From positions 1 to 64,000 of the forward strand of contig CAVQFQ010000016.1 in the NCBI GenBank assembly GCA_963711835.1: a DNA stretch of 64,000 nt, in the 5' to 3' direction. Below are positions 1 through 9,520 of the stretch, in pieces. The notes below the pieces were generated by a model. It was not told the DNA's origin and did not search any database. It saw only the letters and a list, made by a program, of their open reading frames with translations. The stretch's first letter is position 1. Each line of letters begins with the position of its first letter. Both the position numbers and the translations under genes were made by a program. Origin of the DNA: an uncultured delta proteobacterium (GTDB taxonomy: Bacteria > Desulfobacterota > RBG-13-43-22).

Positions 1-12
1 GCCCCGTGCCAA
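1..12 (-). promoter_or_regulatory. possible sigma-54 -24 element for a gene left of the window
   Basis: Minus strand reads TTGGCACGGGGC, matching the TGGCACG -24 consensus. The -12 box would lie outside the window. Confidence 0.35.
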
Positions 13-89
13 CTTCCGGTTAGTTGGTTAACGTGGCTAAATAACAAATAATTTTACAGATGAGGCCTTTCCCGAACCTTGGCCGGATC

Positions 90-208
90 TCGACATTTAT
101 GTCGAACAAGAGGGCCTTTCTTCCCGGACCATACCCCATTACAACGTTTTATTAAAATATATTAAACGGTTATCTGTTAGGAAAGATTTGTCGATCCCTT
201 TCGACAAA
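90..208. promoter_or_regulatory. two palindromes sharing the TGTCGA/TCGACA half-site (candidate activator sites)
   Basis: tcgacat-tt-atgtcga at 90-105 and tttgtcga-tccctt-tcgacaaa at 187-208, with an AT-rich tract between them. Confidence 0.4.
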
Positions 209-277
209 GACCTGCCCCTTATTTACCTTGACAGGGGTTCCTATTGGGCCTAAGGGAGGAAGGGAGGAGATTGAAAG

Positions 278-520
278 GTGCGAGAGGAATCATTAAACGA
301 AAATCCAATCCCAAAAAAAATGTCCAAATTATCAGCCATAATCCAGCTCCTGGTCATCATCCTAATCGTAGGTTACAGCACCTATCAGCTTTTCAAGGGC
401 AACCTGGATCGGAGTCTGGCCCTTCTGCCTCTCTTGATGGTTTATTATATCTTTATCACGGCCCGGAGGAAAAAGACCCAGTCCCAGGAAAAAACTCCGG
501 GGTCAAAGACGCAGCCATAG
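278..520 (+). CDS. small membrane protein, two TM helices (start may be ATG 320)
   Basis: Two hydrophobic stretches (IIQLLVIILIVGY, LALLPLLMVYYIFI) and a basic tail; ends 12 bp before the next gene. Confidence 0.6.
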   Translation: MREESLNENPIPKKMSKLSAIIQLLVIILIVGYSTYQLFKGNLDRSLALLPLLMVYYIFITARRKKTQSQEKTPGSKTQP

Positions 521-532
521 CGGGGAAAAGCC

Positions 533-1303
533 ATGCTCCTCATGTCTCTCCAATCAGGAAGCAACGGGAATTGTATTTATCTGGAAATCGCCGGGGTTCG
601 GTTGCTTTTTGATGCCGGGATAAGCGGTCGCCAGGCGGAGGGTCGTCTGGCCGGACATGGCCTGGATATCCGCCGGGCGGATGCCCTCATTATCTCCCAT
701 GACCATGCCGACCACGCCCGCTATGCCGGGGTGTATCAGCGCAAATTCAAGCTCCCCCTTTATTTGACCCCAACGACCCTGGAAGCGGCTGCCGATAAAT
801 ATCCCCTGGGACGCCTGGAAAAGGTTTGCCCTTTTCAGGCCGGAGGGAAAATGCAATTCGGGAAGGTGACCCTGGAAACCATACCCACCCCTCACGACGG
901 AGCCGATGGGGTTGCCTTTGTCGTTTCCGTCAACCGGTGGCGACTGGGCCTTCTCACCGATTTGGGGCACCCCTTCAACGGCCTGCAGGATATCGTCTCT
1001 TCGCTGGATGGGGTTTTACTGGAGAGCAACTATGACGAGGAGATGTTGGCCGAAGGTCCTTATCCCCGCTTTCTCAAGGAGCGTATTAAGGGTCCCGGCG
1101 GGCATCTCTCCAACTGGGAAGCGGCTGAATTGCTTGGTTCAGCCGCACGAAAAAGGCTGAAATGGGCCTGTCTGGCCCATCTCTCCGAACATAATAATCA
1201 TCCGGATCTGGCCCTCAAAACGCATCGTCAAAGGCTGCCGGCCCATTTCCCCCTTTTTGTCGCCAGCCGGTATACCTCGACCGCCCTTACCCCGACTTTT
1301 TGA
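533..1303 (+). CDS. metallo-beta-lactamase fold hydrolase (YycJ/WalJ-like)
   Basis: SGSNGN start, SHDHADH metal motif, TDLG, ESNYD, GHLSN, LAHLSEHNN. Confidence 0.9.
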   Translation: MLLMSLQSGSNGNCIYLEIAGVRLLFDAGISGRQAEGRLAGHGLDIRRADALIISHDHADHARYAGVYQRKFKLPLYLTPTTLEAAADKYPLGRLEKVCPFQAGGKMQFGKVTLETIPTPHDGADGVAFVVSVNRWRLGLLTDLGHPFNGLQDIVSSLDGVLLESNYDEEMLAEGPYPRFLKERIKGPGGHLSNWEAAELLGSAARKRLKWACLAHLSEHNNHPDLALKTHRQRLPAHFPLFVASRYTSTALTPTF

Positions 1304-1339
1304 TATATTACCTGAATTTTGCACCGTTGATTATAGATA

Positions 1340-1371
1340 TTTTACGTGCAAAAAATATTTTGCACGTAAAA
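1340..1371. other. 14-bp perfect inverted repeat (bidirectional terminator or operator)
   Basis: ttttacgtgcaaaa-aata-ttttgcacgtaaaa, ~36 bp after the MBL stop codon. Confidence 0.5.
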
Positions 1372-1588
1372 AACGGATAAATGAAGAAGTAATTTGGGGG
1401 ATTCTCCAAAATCCTCATGAATAGTAGGGTTCCCAGCGTCCATATTTTATGCCCTTTTTGAGAAGTTGCTCTCACTTATTGGGTTAATTTTTTTGGCTTA
1501 AAAATCTACTTATGATCCCATTTTTATTGCATTTGAATAAAATTAAAGTTTATTGACGCAAAATTCAGGTATTAACCGTCTCAAAATA

Positions 1589-1888
1589 GGAGTTTGTCTC
1601 AACGTTACATGATTTTTAAACACTCCATTCGTGGAGGGCTTCGGGGGTCTTGATTTCAAGGTTGTCCGCCAAAACATCAGCAGCCTGATCCCGGGCAGGA
1701 AGTTTATAGGTGGATTTAGAAACAGGCCAACACCAAAGCGATTTATCGTTTTGGGTGAATGCCCGGCTCCCAACCAACTTAGAAATTCGGGCCGGGTTGG
1801 GGCTATGGATACCCTTTCGGACAATCCTTGAAATCAAGACCCCTGAAGCCCTTCGGTTTGAGAATCACGTAACGTTGGGACTATCCCC
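1589..1888. repeat. nested long-inverted-repeat element, copy 1 (structured ncRNA or MITE/REPIN-like)
   Basis: Outer arms 1596-1621/1856-1881; inner arms 1636-1668/1818-1851; flanking direct repeat AAAATA. The inner module is homologous to the reverse complement of 20662-20876. Confidence 0.8.
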
Positions 1889-1969
1889 AAAATAGTATTG
1901 ATGTTTCTTAGACCAATGGGGTTGTTTCTTCTGAAGTCATTGGTCCACCGCAGCGGACTGGCCGGGCAC

Positions 1970-2248
1970 TTATTTTATGGAAAAACGGGGAGGGGTAATG
2001 GACTCGCCCCGGCAAAGAAAGCACTTGCCGGGCGGGGTCAGACGATCCCTTTTTTTGAAGACGAAACCACAGGTCCTGCAGGTAGCGGGCTGGATGGTAA
2101 ATTTACCTCCCAGGGTGTTGGAGCGGACAATGTGGGCCAGATGATCGGTGACTTCTTTTTCCCGGATTCCGATCGCCTGAGAAAGGTCCCGGGCCGTCAT
2201 CTCCTGATCCTTAAGAAAGGTAATAATGGTTTGGCGGATGGTTCCCAT
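1970..2248 (-). CDS. small HTH + Zn-ribbon predicted transcriptional regulator
   Basis: TIRQTII...MTARDLSQAIGIREKEVTDHLAHI HTH, then CRTCGFVF and CFLC. Confidence 0.85.
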   Translation of the reverse strand: MGTIRQTIITFLKDQEMTARDLSQAIGIREKEVTDHLAHIVRSNTLGGKFTIQPATCRTCGFVFKKRDRLTPPGKCFLCRGESITPPRFSIK

Positions 2249-2577
2249 AGTTGCCCCGCGATGTAACCCCATTCTAAAAATTCTTCGGGTGGCTGTCAAG
2301 GGCAAGACCGCCTAAGGAAATAAAACGTCTTGATCTTGTCGGGTAATTTCTCAATAAGGAAAACCTCTCTGGCTGGATCCGGATGGTTGGCCATTCTGGT
2401 TATGACCGGGTAGGCGGCTCTTTTCTTTCTCATCGGCTCCTATAAAATAAAAAATTATAGCGAATAGACTACCCTCCTTTTTCCATTCGCCTTGTTTTTT
2501 CTCCCTTTGCAGGACACCAACCCCTTCCACGTGTCGGACCGAGATCAGCGGACTTCAGGGGAAACCCAAATTATGAA

Positions 2578-2606
2578 TTGACAAGGTCGGGGGAGTGCGT
2601 TACATT
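2578..2606 (+). promoter_or_regulatory. sigma-70 promoter
   Basis: TTGACA-17 bp-TACATT, 64 bp before the radical SAM start codon. Confidence 0.6.
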
Positions 2607-2670
2607 TTAAAACTTACTATTAAAAAAATGAAATATTTCGAGCACTAACCGAACTTAAGGGCAACCTTTT

Positions 2671-3594
2671 ATGAAGTACATCTTTGGGCCGGTGCCATCC
2701 CGCCGGTTAGGATTTTCTCTTGGGGTGGATATTATCCCTTTCAAGACTTGTACCTATGATTGCATTTATTGTGAATTAGGGAAAACAGGGTCCCAAACCG
2801 TCGAACCCTCTTCCATCATCCCTGTGGAGGCCGTCTTACAAGAATTGCAGGGGGTACTCTCTGCGGATTCCGTCATCATCGATCATGTGACTCTTTCCGG
2901 GTCAGGCGAACCCACCCTCCACCCGGACCTGGGGCAACTCATTAAAGGGATCAAGAAAATCTCCCCGGTGCCGGTAGCTTTGATTACCAACGGCTCTCTG
3001 CTCTATAAAGAAGAGGTTTTGGAACAGGTTTTGGAAGCCGATATCGTTCTCCCCTCTCTTGATGCAGCCGATCCGGAAACCTTTCAACGGATTAACCGTC
3101 CCCACCCTTCCCTGCGCTTCGATCAGCTTCTGGATGGGCTGGTGAACCTCGGCCGACTAAAGAAATCCGGCCTCTGGTTGGAAACATTGTTTTTGGAAGG
3201 GATGAATGACAGCCCCGATCAGGTTGTTCGCCTGGTGGAGATCATACAAAGGATAAAACCCGAAAAGGTTCAACTCAATACGGTGGTTCGGCCCCCGCTG
3301 GAAAGCAACGCCCGGCCGGTTGATTTTTCAAGACTGAAAGAGATTCAGAAAAGATTGGGACCTCAGGCGGAAATCATTTCGGGGGAAGACCGGGAAGGGT
3401 TCTTGCCCGGAGGTTCGCTGGTAGAATCCGAGATTCAGGCCATGGTCTGCCGACGGCCCTGCACCGCGGAGGATATTGCCCAGTGCCTGAATCTTTCTCT
3501 GGAAGAGACCGTTCACCTCCTGAAAGGCTTAATCCGGGCCCGCAAAGTCACCTTCGAATCGTTTAACCGGCAGGGCTTTTACAGAGGCCAGTAA
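2671..3594 (+). CDS. radical SAM Fe-S oxidoreductase
   Basis: YIFGPVPSRRLGFSLGVD, CTYDCIYC cluster motif, SGSGEPTL. Confidence 0.9.
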   Translation: MKYIFGPVPSRRLGFSLGVDIIPFKTCTYDCIYCELGKTGSQTVEPSSIIPVEAVLQELQGVLSADSVIIDHVTLSGSGEPTLHPDLGQLIKGIKKISPVPVALITNGSLLYKEEVLEQVLEADIVLPSLDAADPETFQRINRPHPSLRFDQLLDGLVNLGRLKKSGLWLETLFLEGMNDSPDQVVRLVEIIQRIKPEKVQLNTVVRPPLESNARPVDFSRLKEIQKRLGPQAEIISGEDREGFLPGGSLVESEIQAMVCRRPCTAEDIAQCLNLSLEETVHLLKGLIRARKVTFESFNRQGFYRGQ

Positions 3595-3765
3595 AATAAG
3601 GTTTCCGGAGGTTGCCTGCCCGGGCGGGTAAAGGGGATTTAATTTTAACGCGTTTTTCCAAAACGCTGACTTTTTACAAAAACCGGATTTCGGGTTAAGA
3701 CCCTAAGCACTCAGGCTAAAAAGTCGTTTGGGCGACCCCTAATCGTTTGGTGTTGGAGGAAAGGC

Positions 3766-6700
3766 ATGAAAGAGTTTCACCTGGGAATGGATATCGGTTC
3801 GGTCAGTACCAATACCGTCCTTTTAAATAGCCAAGGAGAAATCATTCAAGAGGATTATCGCCGGACCAAGGGGCAACCCTTGGAAACCGCCTTGGAAGTC
3901 TTAAGCCGCTTTATAGGGGATCTCCCGGACGGCCGGCTTCGGTCCATGGCCATGACCGGTACCGCCGGTAAAAAGGTAGCTGAACTCCTTCAGATCCCTT
4001 TTGTTAACGAGATTATCGCCCAGGCCCGGGCCATAGAAGCCTTCCACCCCGAGGTCCGATCGATTATTGAAATGGGCGGCGAGGACTCCAAATTAATCCT
4101 GCTGAGGAAAGAGGAAAGCGCGCGCCTTTTCATCCAGGATTTTGCCATGAACACCTTATGCGCGGCCGGGACCGGCTCTTTCCTGGATCAGCAGGCCCAC
4201 CGCCTGGGCCTGACCATCGAGGAATTCAGCCGGCTGGCCTTGAAATCCGAAAACCCCCCCCGCATTGCCGGCCGCTGCACCGTCTTTGCCAAGACCGATA
4301 TGATTCATCTCCAGCAGGAGGCCACGCCGGATTACGACATCATCGCCGGACTTTGTTTTGCCGTGGCCAGGAATCTGAAGAGCAATATTGCCAAGGGGAA
4401 AAATATCCTTCGGCCGGTTTCCTTCCAGGGCGGGGTAGCCGCCAATCTGGGAGTGCGCCGGGCCTTTACCGAAGTCCTGGAGTTAAAGGAAGGGGAACTG
4501 ATCATCCCGAAACATTTCTTTTCCATGGGGGCCATCGGGGCCTCCCTGATCACCCGGGAGGATCCTCAGGCCCGTTTTGAATTTGCCGGCTTGGCGCCTT
4601 TACAAGACTACATCGAAAACCATCCGGTCGAGGCCCTCCGTTTGGACCCCCTGGTTTTAAGACCGGATTACATCCAGCCCTTCTCAAAAGGTCAGGCCCC
4701 GGTAACGGCTGAAAAGGAAAAGATCGAAGCCTATCTGGGCGTGGATGTGGGCTCCATCAGCACCAATGTAGTGGTCATCGATAAAGAGATGAGGGTCCTG
4801 TCCAAACAGTACCTGATGACGGCCGGCCGGCCCCTGGAAGCCATACGCCAGGGTCTGGCGGCAGCCGGCCTGGAAGTGGAAGACCGGGTCATTATCAAAG
4901 GGGCCGGCACCACCGGATCAGGGAGATACCTGACCGGGGATTTTATCGGAGCCGATATTGTCCGCAATGAAATTACCGCTCAAGCCACGGCAGCCGCGGC
5001 TATTGATCCTGAGGTCGATACCATCTTTGAAATCGGAGGCCAGGATTCCAAGTATATCAGTCTGGAGAACGGGGCCATCGTTGATTTTATGATGAATAAG
5101 GTCTGCGCCGCCGGCACCGGGTCCTTCCTCGAAGAGCAGGCTGAGAAATTGGGCATTTCCATCAAAGGGGAATTCGGCGACCTGGCTCTGAAATCGGAAA
5201 CCCCAATCCGCCTGGGGGAACGCTGTACGGTTTTTATGGAGTCCGACCTGGTCCACCATCAGCAGCAGGGGTTGGACAATCAGGACCTGGTGGCCGGGTT
5301 GAGTTATTCCATTGTGGAAAACTATCTCAATAAGGTGGTGGAGGACCGTCGCATCGGAAAACGGATCTTCTACCAGGGGGCCACGGCCTCCAATCAGGGG
5401 ATCGTGGCCGCCTTCGAAAAAATCGTCGGAAAACCCATCACCGTCCCCGAACACAACGACGTCACCGGGGCCATCGGGGTAGCCATCCTGGCCCTGCGGG
5501 AAAGGACCTGGGAAAAGAGCCGCTTCAAGGGATTTGATCTGTCCAAGGCCCATTATCAACTTTCCTCTTTCGAGTGTAAAGGCTGTCCCAATCAATGCGA
5601 GATCAAAAAGGTCAGCATAGAAGGGGAAAAACCTTTCTTTTACGGCAGCCGCTGCGACAAATACGATCTCGACACCCAGAAGAAAACCAAACGCCTCTTC
5701 CCCGACCTTTTTGCCGAACGGGAGGCCTGGCTGGTCGGCGAGCCCAAGGATTGGAATATCGGCGGAAAGCGCGGGAAAATCGGCCTGCCCCGGACTATGT
5801 TCTTCAGGGAGCTGCTCCCTTTTTTCCGGACCTTTTTTACCAGTCTCGGCTTTGAGGTGGTCATCTCCGGCCAGACCAACAAATCCATTATCCACCAAGG
5901 AGTGGAATGTATGGCCGCCGAAACCTGCCTGCCCATTAAGGTGGCTCACGGCCACATCCTGGAATTGATGCAGCAGGGAGTGGACCGCATCTTCCTGCCC
6001 AGCGTGGTGGATATGAAAGCCAACAGCCCGGATTATCAGCAGGGGGTGGTCTGTCCTTATGCCCAGGCCCTGGCCTATACGATCCATTCCGCCATCAACT
6101 TTAAGGAAAAAGGCCTCCAGGTCATTCAACCGGTCCTCTTTTTCGGTCGGGGTGATAAGGCCTTGAAGAGAGGCCTGATGAGCCTCACCACCTCCCTGGG
6201 GATCAACCCCTTTCTGATTTCCAAGGCCCTGGCCCTGGCCCTGGCCGCCCAGGAGGACTTTTCTCAAAAGCAGCTCGGGCGAGGCCAGGAGATCATGGAT
6301 CAGTTGGGCCCCCATGAAATCGCCATGATGGTGGTCAGCCGACCTTACAATGGATTCGACCCCGGGATCAATTTGAACATACCCAAAAAATTAGGGGACC
6401 TGGGTATCCAGGCCATCCCCATGGATTTTTTTCCCCTGGATCTGCCTTCCGAGTCGGGAGAACCCAAGTATCACTATTGGCGTTTCGGCCAGAAGATTTT
6501 AAGCGCCGCTGAAATTCTGAAAAAAAATCCCAGACTCTACGGCATTTACATCACCAATTTCAGTTGCGGTCCCGATTCCTTCATCCTCCATTTTTTTCGG
6601 GATATGCTGAAAGGCAAGCCTTATCTCGAAATCGAGATCGATGAACACAGCGCCGATGCCGGTGTGGTTACCCGCCTGGAGGCCTTCCTGGACAGCTTAA

Positions 6701-7968
6701 AAAACTGCCGGCAGGCCCCGGCCACCGCCATAAGGAAAAGGCTGGAAGTCCGGGTGCCCCAGGGAAACAGCCGGACCATCTTTATTCCTCCCATGACGGA
6801 CCATTCTTATGCCATTGCAGCGGCCTTTCGAGCCTGTGGGGTGAACTCGGAGGTCCTCCCGGATTCCGACCAGGAGACCCTGATCTGGGGGAGAAAACTG
6901 ACTTCGGGCAAGGAATGCTACCCCTGTATCCTGACCACCGGGGATATGGCCAAGTGGGCCCATCGAAAGGATTTCGATCCGGATCGGGCCGCCTTTTTTA
7001 TGCCTTCCGGAAACGGTCCCTGCCGTTTCGGCCAGTATCATCGTTTCCACCGTTTAGTCCTGGATGAATTGGGCTTTAACCAAGTGCCCATTTATGCCCC
7101 GGACCAAGACCAGGATCTCTATCGGGAATTGGGTCTGGTGGGTGGAAACGACTTTACCCGCCTGGGCTGGCAGGGCCTTGTGGCGGTGGATATCCTGGAG
7201 AAGAAACTCCGGGAGACCCGCCCTTATGAGAAAAACAAGGGGGAGACCGATCAGGTTTACCAGCTTTACCTGAACCGTATCTCTGAGACTATCGCCCGTC
7301 GCGGGGAATTGATCCCGGCCATGCAGGAGGCCCGCCGGGCCTTTGAGAACATACCCGTGGAAAATCCAGGCTCCAAGCCGGTCATCGGCATGGTCGGCGA
7401 AATCTATGTCCGTTCCAACAAGTTTGCTAATGAAAATATCGTCCTTGAGGTGGAGGCCCTGGGAGGGGAGGCCTGGATGCCCACCGTCTCGGAATGGGTG
7501 CTTTATGTCAATGCCATGGCCATTAAAAGGGCTATCCGCTTCCGGGCCTATTCCAGCCTCCTGGAGCTCCTGTTGACCCAGCGGGTCCAGCACAAGCTGG
7601 AGCATTCGCTGGATCATACCTTTGAAGGGGCCCTGCGCAACTTCAGCGAACCTTCCATTCGCACCACCTTAAAAAGAGCTCAACCTTATTTGCATCCTTC
7701 CTTTGAGGGAGAAGCCATCTTAAGCCTGGGCAAGGCCAAGGATTATGTCGTCAAGGGGGCTTGCGGGCTGATTAATATCATGCCCTTTACCTGTATGCCG
7801 GGGACGATCGTGAACGCCTTGCTGAAATGTTTTCGGGAAGACCATCAAAATATTCCTTTCTTGAACCTCTCATATGACGGTCAGGAACAAACCACCACCC
7901 GAACACGATTGGAGGCCTTTATGTATCAGGTACAGCAGACCCATGCCCTGAAAGAAAAAAGGAGGTAA
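3766..7968 (+). CDS. 2-hydroxyacyl-CoA dehydratase activase-like multidomain fusion
   Basis: Two ASKHA activase domains (GMDIGSVST, GVDVGSIST; GGEDSK, GGQDSK; CAAGTGSFL twice), then dehydratase-like domains (ETCLPIKVAHGH, FSCGPDS, ECYP, PFTCMP). Confidence 0.9.
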   Translation: MKEFHLGMDIGSVSTNTVLLNSQGEIIQEDYRRTKGQPLETALEVLSRFIGDLPDGRLRSMAMTGTAGKKVAELLQIPFVNEIIAQARAIEAFHPEVRSIIEMGGEDSKLILLRKEESARLFIQDFAMNTLCAAGTGSFLDQQAHRLGLTIEEFSRLALKSENPPRIAGRCTVFAKTDMIHLQQEATPDYDIIAGLCFAVARNLKSNIAKGKNILRPVSFQGGVAANLGVRRAFTEVLELKEGELIIPKHFFSMGAIGASLITREDPQARFEFAGLAPLQDYIENHPVEALRLDPLVLRPDYIQPFSKGQAPVTAEKEKIEAYLGVDVGSISTNVVVIDKEMRVLSKQYLMTAGRPLEAIRQGLAAAGLEVEDRVIIKGAGTTGSGRYLTGDFIGADIVRNEITAQATAAAAIDPEVDTIFEIGGQDSKYISLENGAIVDFMMNKVCAAGTGSFLEEQAEKLGISIKGEFGDLALKSETPIRLGERCTVFMESDLVHHQQQGLDNQDLVAGLSYSIVENYLNKVVEDRRIGKRIFYQGATASNQGIVAAFEKIVGKPITVPEHNDVTGAIGVAILALRERTWEKSRFKGFDLSKAHYQLSSFECKGCPNQCEIKKVSIEGEKPFFYGSRCDKYDLDTQKKTKRLFPDLFAEREAWLVGEPKDWNIGGKRGKIGLPRTMFFRELLPFFRTFFTSLGFEVVISGQTNKSIIHQGVECMAAETCLPIKVAHGHILELMQQGVDRIFLPSVVDMKANSPDYQQGVVCPYAQALAYTIHSAINFKEKGLQVIQPVLFFGRGDKALKRGLMSLTTSLGINPFLISKALALALAAQEDFSQKQLGRGQEIMDQLGPHEIAMMVVSRPYNGFDPGINLNIPKKLGDLGIQAIPMDFFPLDLPSESGEPKYHYWRFGQKILSAAEILKKNPRLYGIYITNFSCGPDSFILHFFRDMLKGKPYLEIEIDEHSADAGVVTRLEAFLDSLKNCRQAPATAIRKRLEVRVPQGNSRTIFIPPMTDHSYAIAAAFRACGVNSEVLPDSDQETLIWGRKLTSGKECYPCILTTGDMAKWAHRKDFDPDRAAFFMPSGNGPCRFGQYHRFHRLVLDELGFNQVPIYAPDQDQDLYRELGLVGGNDFTRLGWQGLVAVDILEKKLRETRPYEKNKGETDQVYQLYLNRISETIARRGELIPAMQEARRAFENIPVENPGSKPVIGMVGEIYVRSNKFANENIVLEVEALGGEAWMPTVSEWVLYVNAMAIKRAIRFRAYSSLLELLLTQRVQHKLEHSLDHTFEGALRNFSEPSIRTTLKRAQPYLHPSFEGEAILSLGKAKDYVVKGACGLINIMPFTCMPGTIVNALLKCFREDHQNIPFLNLSYDGQEQTTTRTRLEAFMYQVQQTHALKEKRR

Positions 7969-7970
7969 GC

Positions 7971-9515
7971 GTGGGCACCATTAAAAAATTACTGATCAAT
8001 GCCCTGGATCCGGAAGAATACCGGGTAGCGCTGATTGAGAACGGGGTCCTGGAAGAATTTTATATCGAGACCGCCACCCGGGAACAAATTCGAGGCAACA
8101 TCTACAAAGGGGTGGTTGCCCACATAGAACCGGCCCTGCAGGCCGCTTTTATGGATTACGGGGGCGAAAAAAACGGGTTTCTTCAGGCCGACGAAATTCA
8201 CCCCGAATATTACAGTGAAGACCCCGGGGGGGCCGGGGCCCCCGAGGCCCCGAGACGGGGCCATCCCCCCATTCAGAAGATGATTCATCGCGGGCAGGAA
8301 CTTCTGGTCCAGGTCACCAAAGAGGAAACCGGGAAAAAGGGCGTGGCCCTGACCACCTATATCTCCTTGCCCGGACGGTATCTGGTCCTGACCCCCGGGC
8401 AGCCCCAGGTCGGCATCTCCCGAAAAATCGAGGCCGAAGAGGAACGAACCCGCCTCAAGGAGGTCCTGGCCCAGTGCAAGGTTCCGGAGGAACTTGGTTA
8501 CATTGTTCGAACCGCCGGAGGCGGCAAAAGCAAAAAGGAACTTGCAAATAATTTGGAGTATTTGTTGAGGCTCTGGGAGGAAATCCGAAACCGGGCCCTG
8601 ACCCAGACGGCCCCTTCTCTGGTCTATAAAGAAATGGACCTCTCCATCCGCACCATCCGGGACCATTTCACACCCGATATCCAGGAAGTCTTGATCGACA
8701 ACAAAGACATCTTCATACAGGTCAAGGATTTTTTGGGCATCATCGCACCCCGGTACCGGGATCAGGTCAAACTGTATAAGGAGACCCGGCCCATCTTTTC
8801 GAAGCATCAAATTGAAAATCAAATCGAGACCATCTTCCAGAATCGGGTCAACCTGAAGTCCGGGGGCCATATTGTAATCGACACCACCGAGGCCCTGGTC
8901 GCCGTGGATGTCAATTCGGGGCGTTCGACCCGGGAGCGGGAGATCGAGGAAACCGCCTTTAAAACCAATCTGGAAGCGGCCGAGGAAGTGGCCCGCCAAT
9001 TGCGGCTCCGGGACCTGGGCGGCCTGATCGTCATTGATTTTATTGATATGAAGGGCTCCAAACACGAAAACGAGGTGGTCAAGGCCCTTAAAAATCATCT
9101 TAAGAGAGATAAGGCCCGAACCACCGTTTCCCGTATCTCCAAATTCGGTCTCCTGGAGCTTTCCCGGCAGCGGATCAGGCCCCCGATTCAATTCGGGACC
9201 TATTATACCTGCCCTACCTGCCAAGGCAAAGGACAAGTCCGTTCAACGGAGGCCCTGGCCCTTTCCTATCTGAGAAAAATCTGGCTGGGAATTTCCAAGG
9301 GGACCGTGGCCGGCGTTCACGGGACCCTTCCACCCGAGGTGGCCCATTACCTCCTCAACCGGAAACGGGAAGACCTTTCCCGCCTGGAAGAGCGCCACAA
9401 GGTTTCCATCGTTTTGGAAGGACAACCCCATATTTTGCCTGAAGATGGAAAATTAGAGTTTATTAAAAGGGAAGCGTCGGAACCGGAAAACCGAAAACAA
9501 GAGGAACAGGAATAA
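7971..9515 (+). CDS. ribonuclease E/G family
   Basis: S1 domain GNIYKGVV...LQAAF, DVNSGR, RLRDLGGLIVIDFIDM, CPTCQGKG Zn-link. Confidence 0.95.
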   Translation: MGTIKKLLINALDPEEYRVALIENGVLEEFYIETATREQIRGNIYKGVVAHIEPALQAAFMDYGGEKNGFLQADEIHPEYYSEDPGGAGAPEAPRRGHPPIQKMIHRGQELLVQVTKEETGKKGVALTTYISLPGRYLVLTPGQPQVGISRKIEAEEERTRLKEVLAQCKVPEELGYIVRTAGGGKSKKELANNLEYLLRLWEEIRNRALTQTAPSLVYKEMDLSIRTIRDHFTPDIQEVLIDNKDIFIQVKDFLGIIAPRYRDQVKLYKETRPIFSKHQIENQIETIFQNRVNLKSGGHIVIDTTEALVAVDVNSGRSTREREIEETAFKTNLEAAEEVARQLRLRDLGGLIVIDFIDMKGSKHENEVVKALKNHLKRDKARTTVSRISKFGLLELSRQRIRPPIQFGTYYTCPTCQGKGQVRSTEALALSYLRKIWLGISKGTVAGVHGTLPPEVAHYLLNRKREDLSRLEERHKVSIVLEGQPHILPEDGKLEFIKREASEPENRKQEEQE

Positions 9516-9520
9516 GGGGG

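Noticed and set aside
1636-1851. Retron msr-msd, integron attC or 6S RNA identity for the module
   Set aside because: No reverse transcriptase or integrase in the window, no RYYYAAC/GTTRRRY ends, and a branched interior rather than a 6S-like rod. An Rfam search is still needed.
1543-1895. Short ORFs across the inverted-repeat element
   Set aside because: They repeat the same peptide on opposite strands (LEIKTPEAL, NHVTL) because of the IR, and copy 2 has stops in the frames I compared.
4918-9236. Long antisense ORFs (4918-6315, 7989-9236 and similar ones elsewhere)
   Set aside because: Shadow frames of well-supported genes in GC-rich DNA, with no recognisable motifs.
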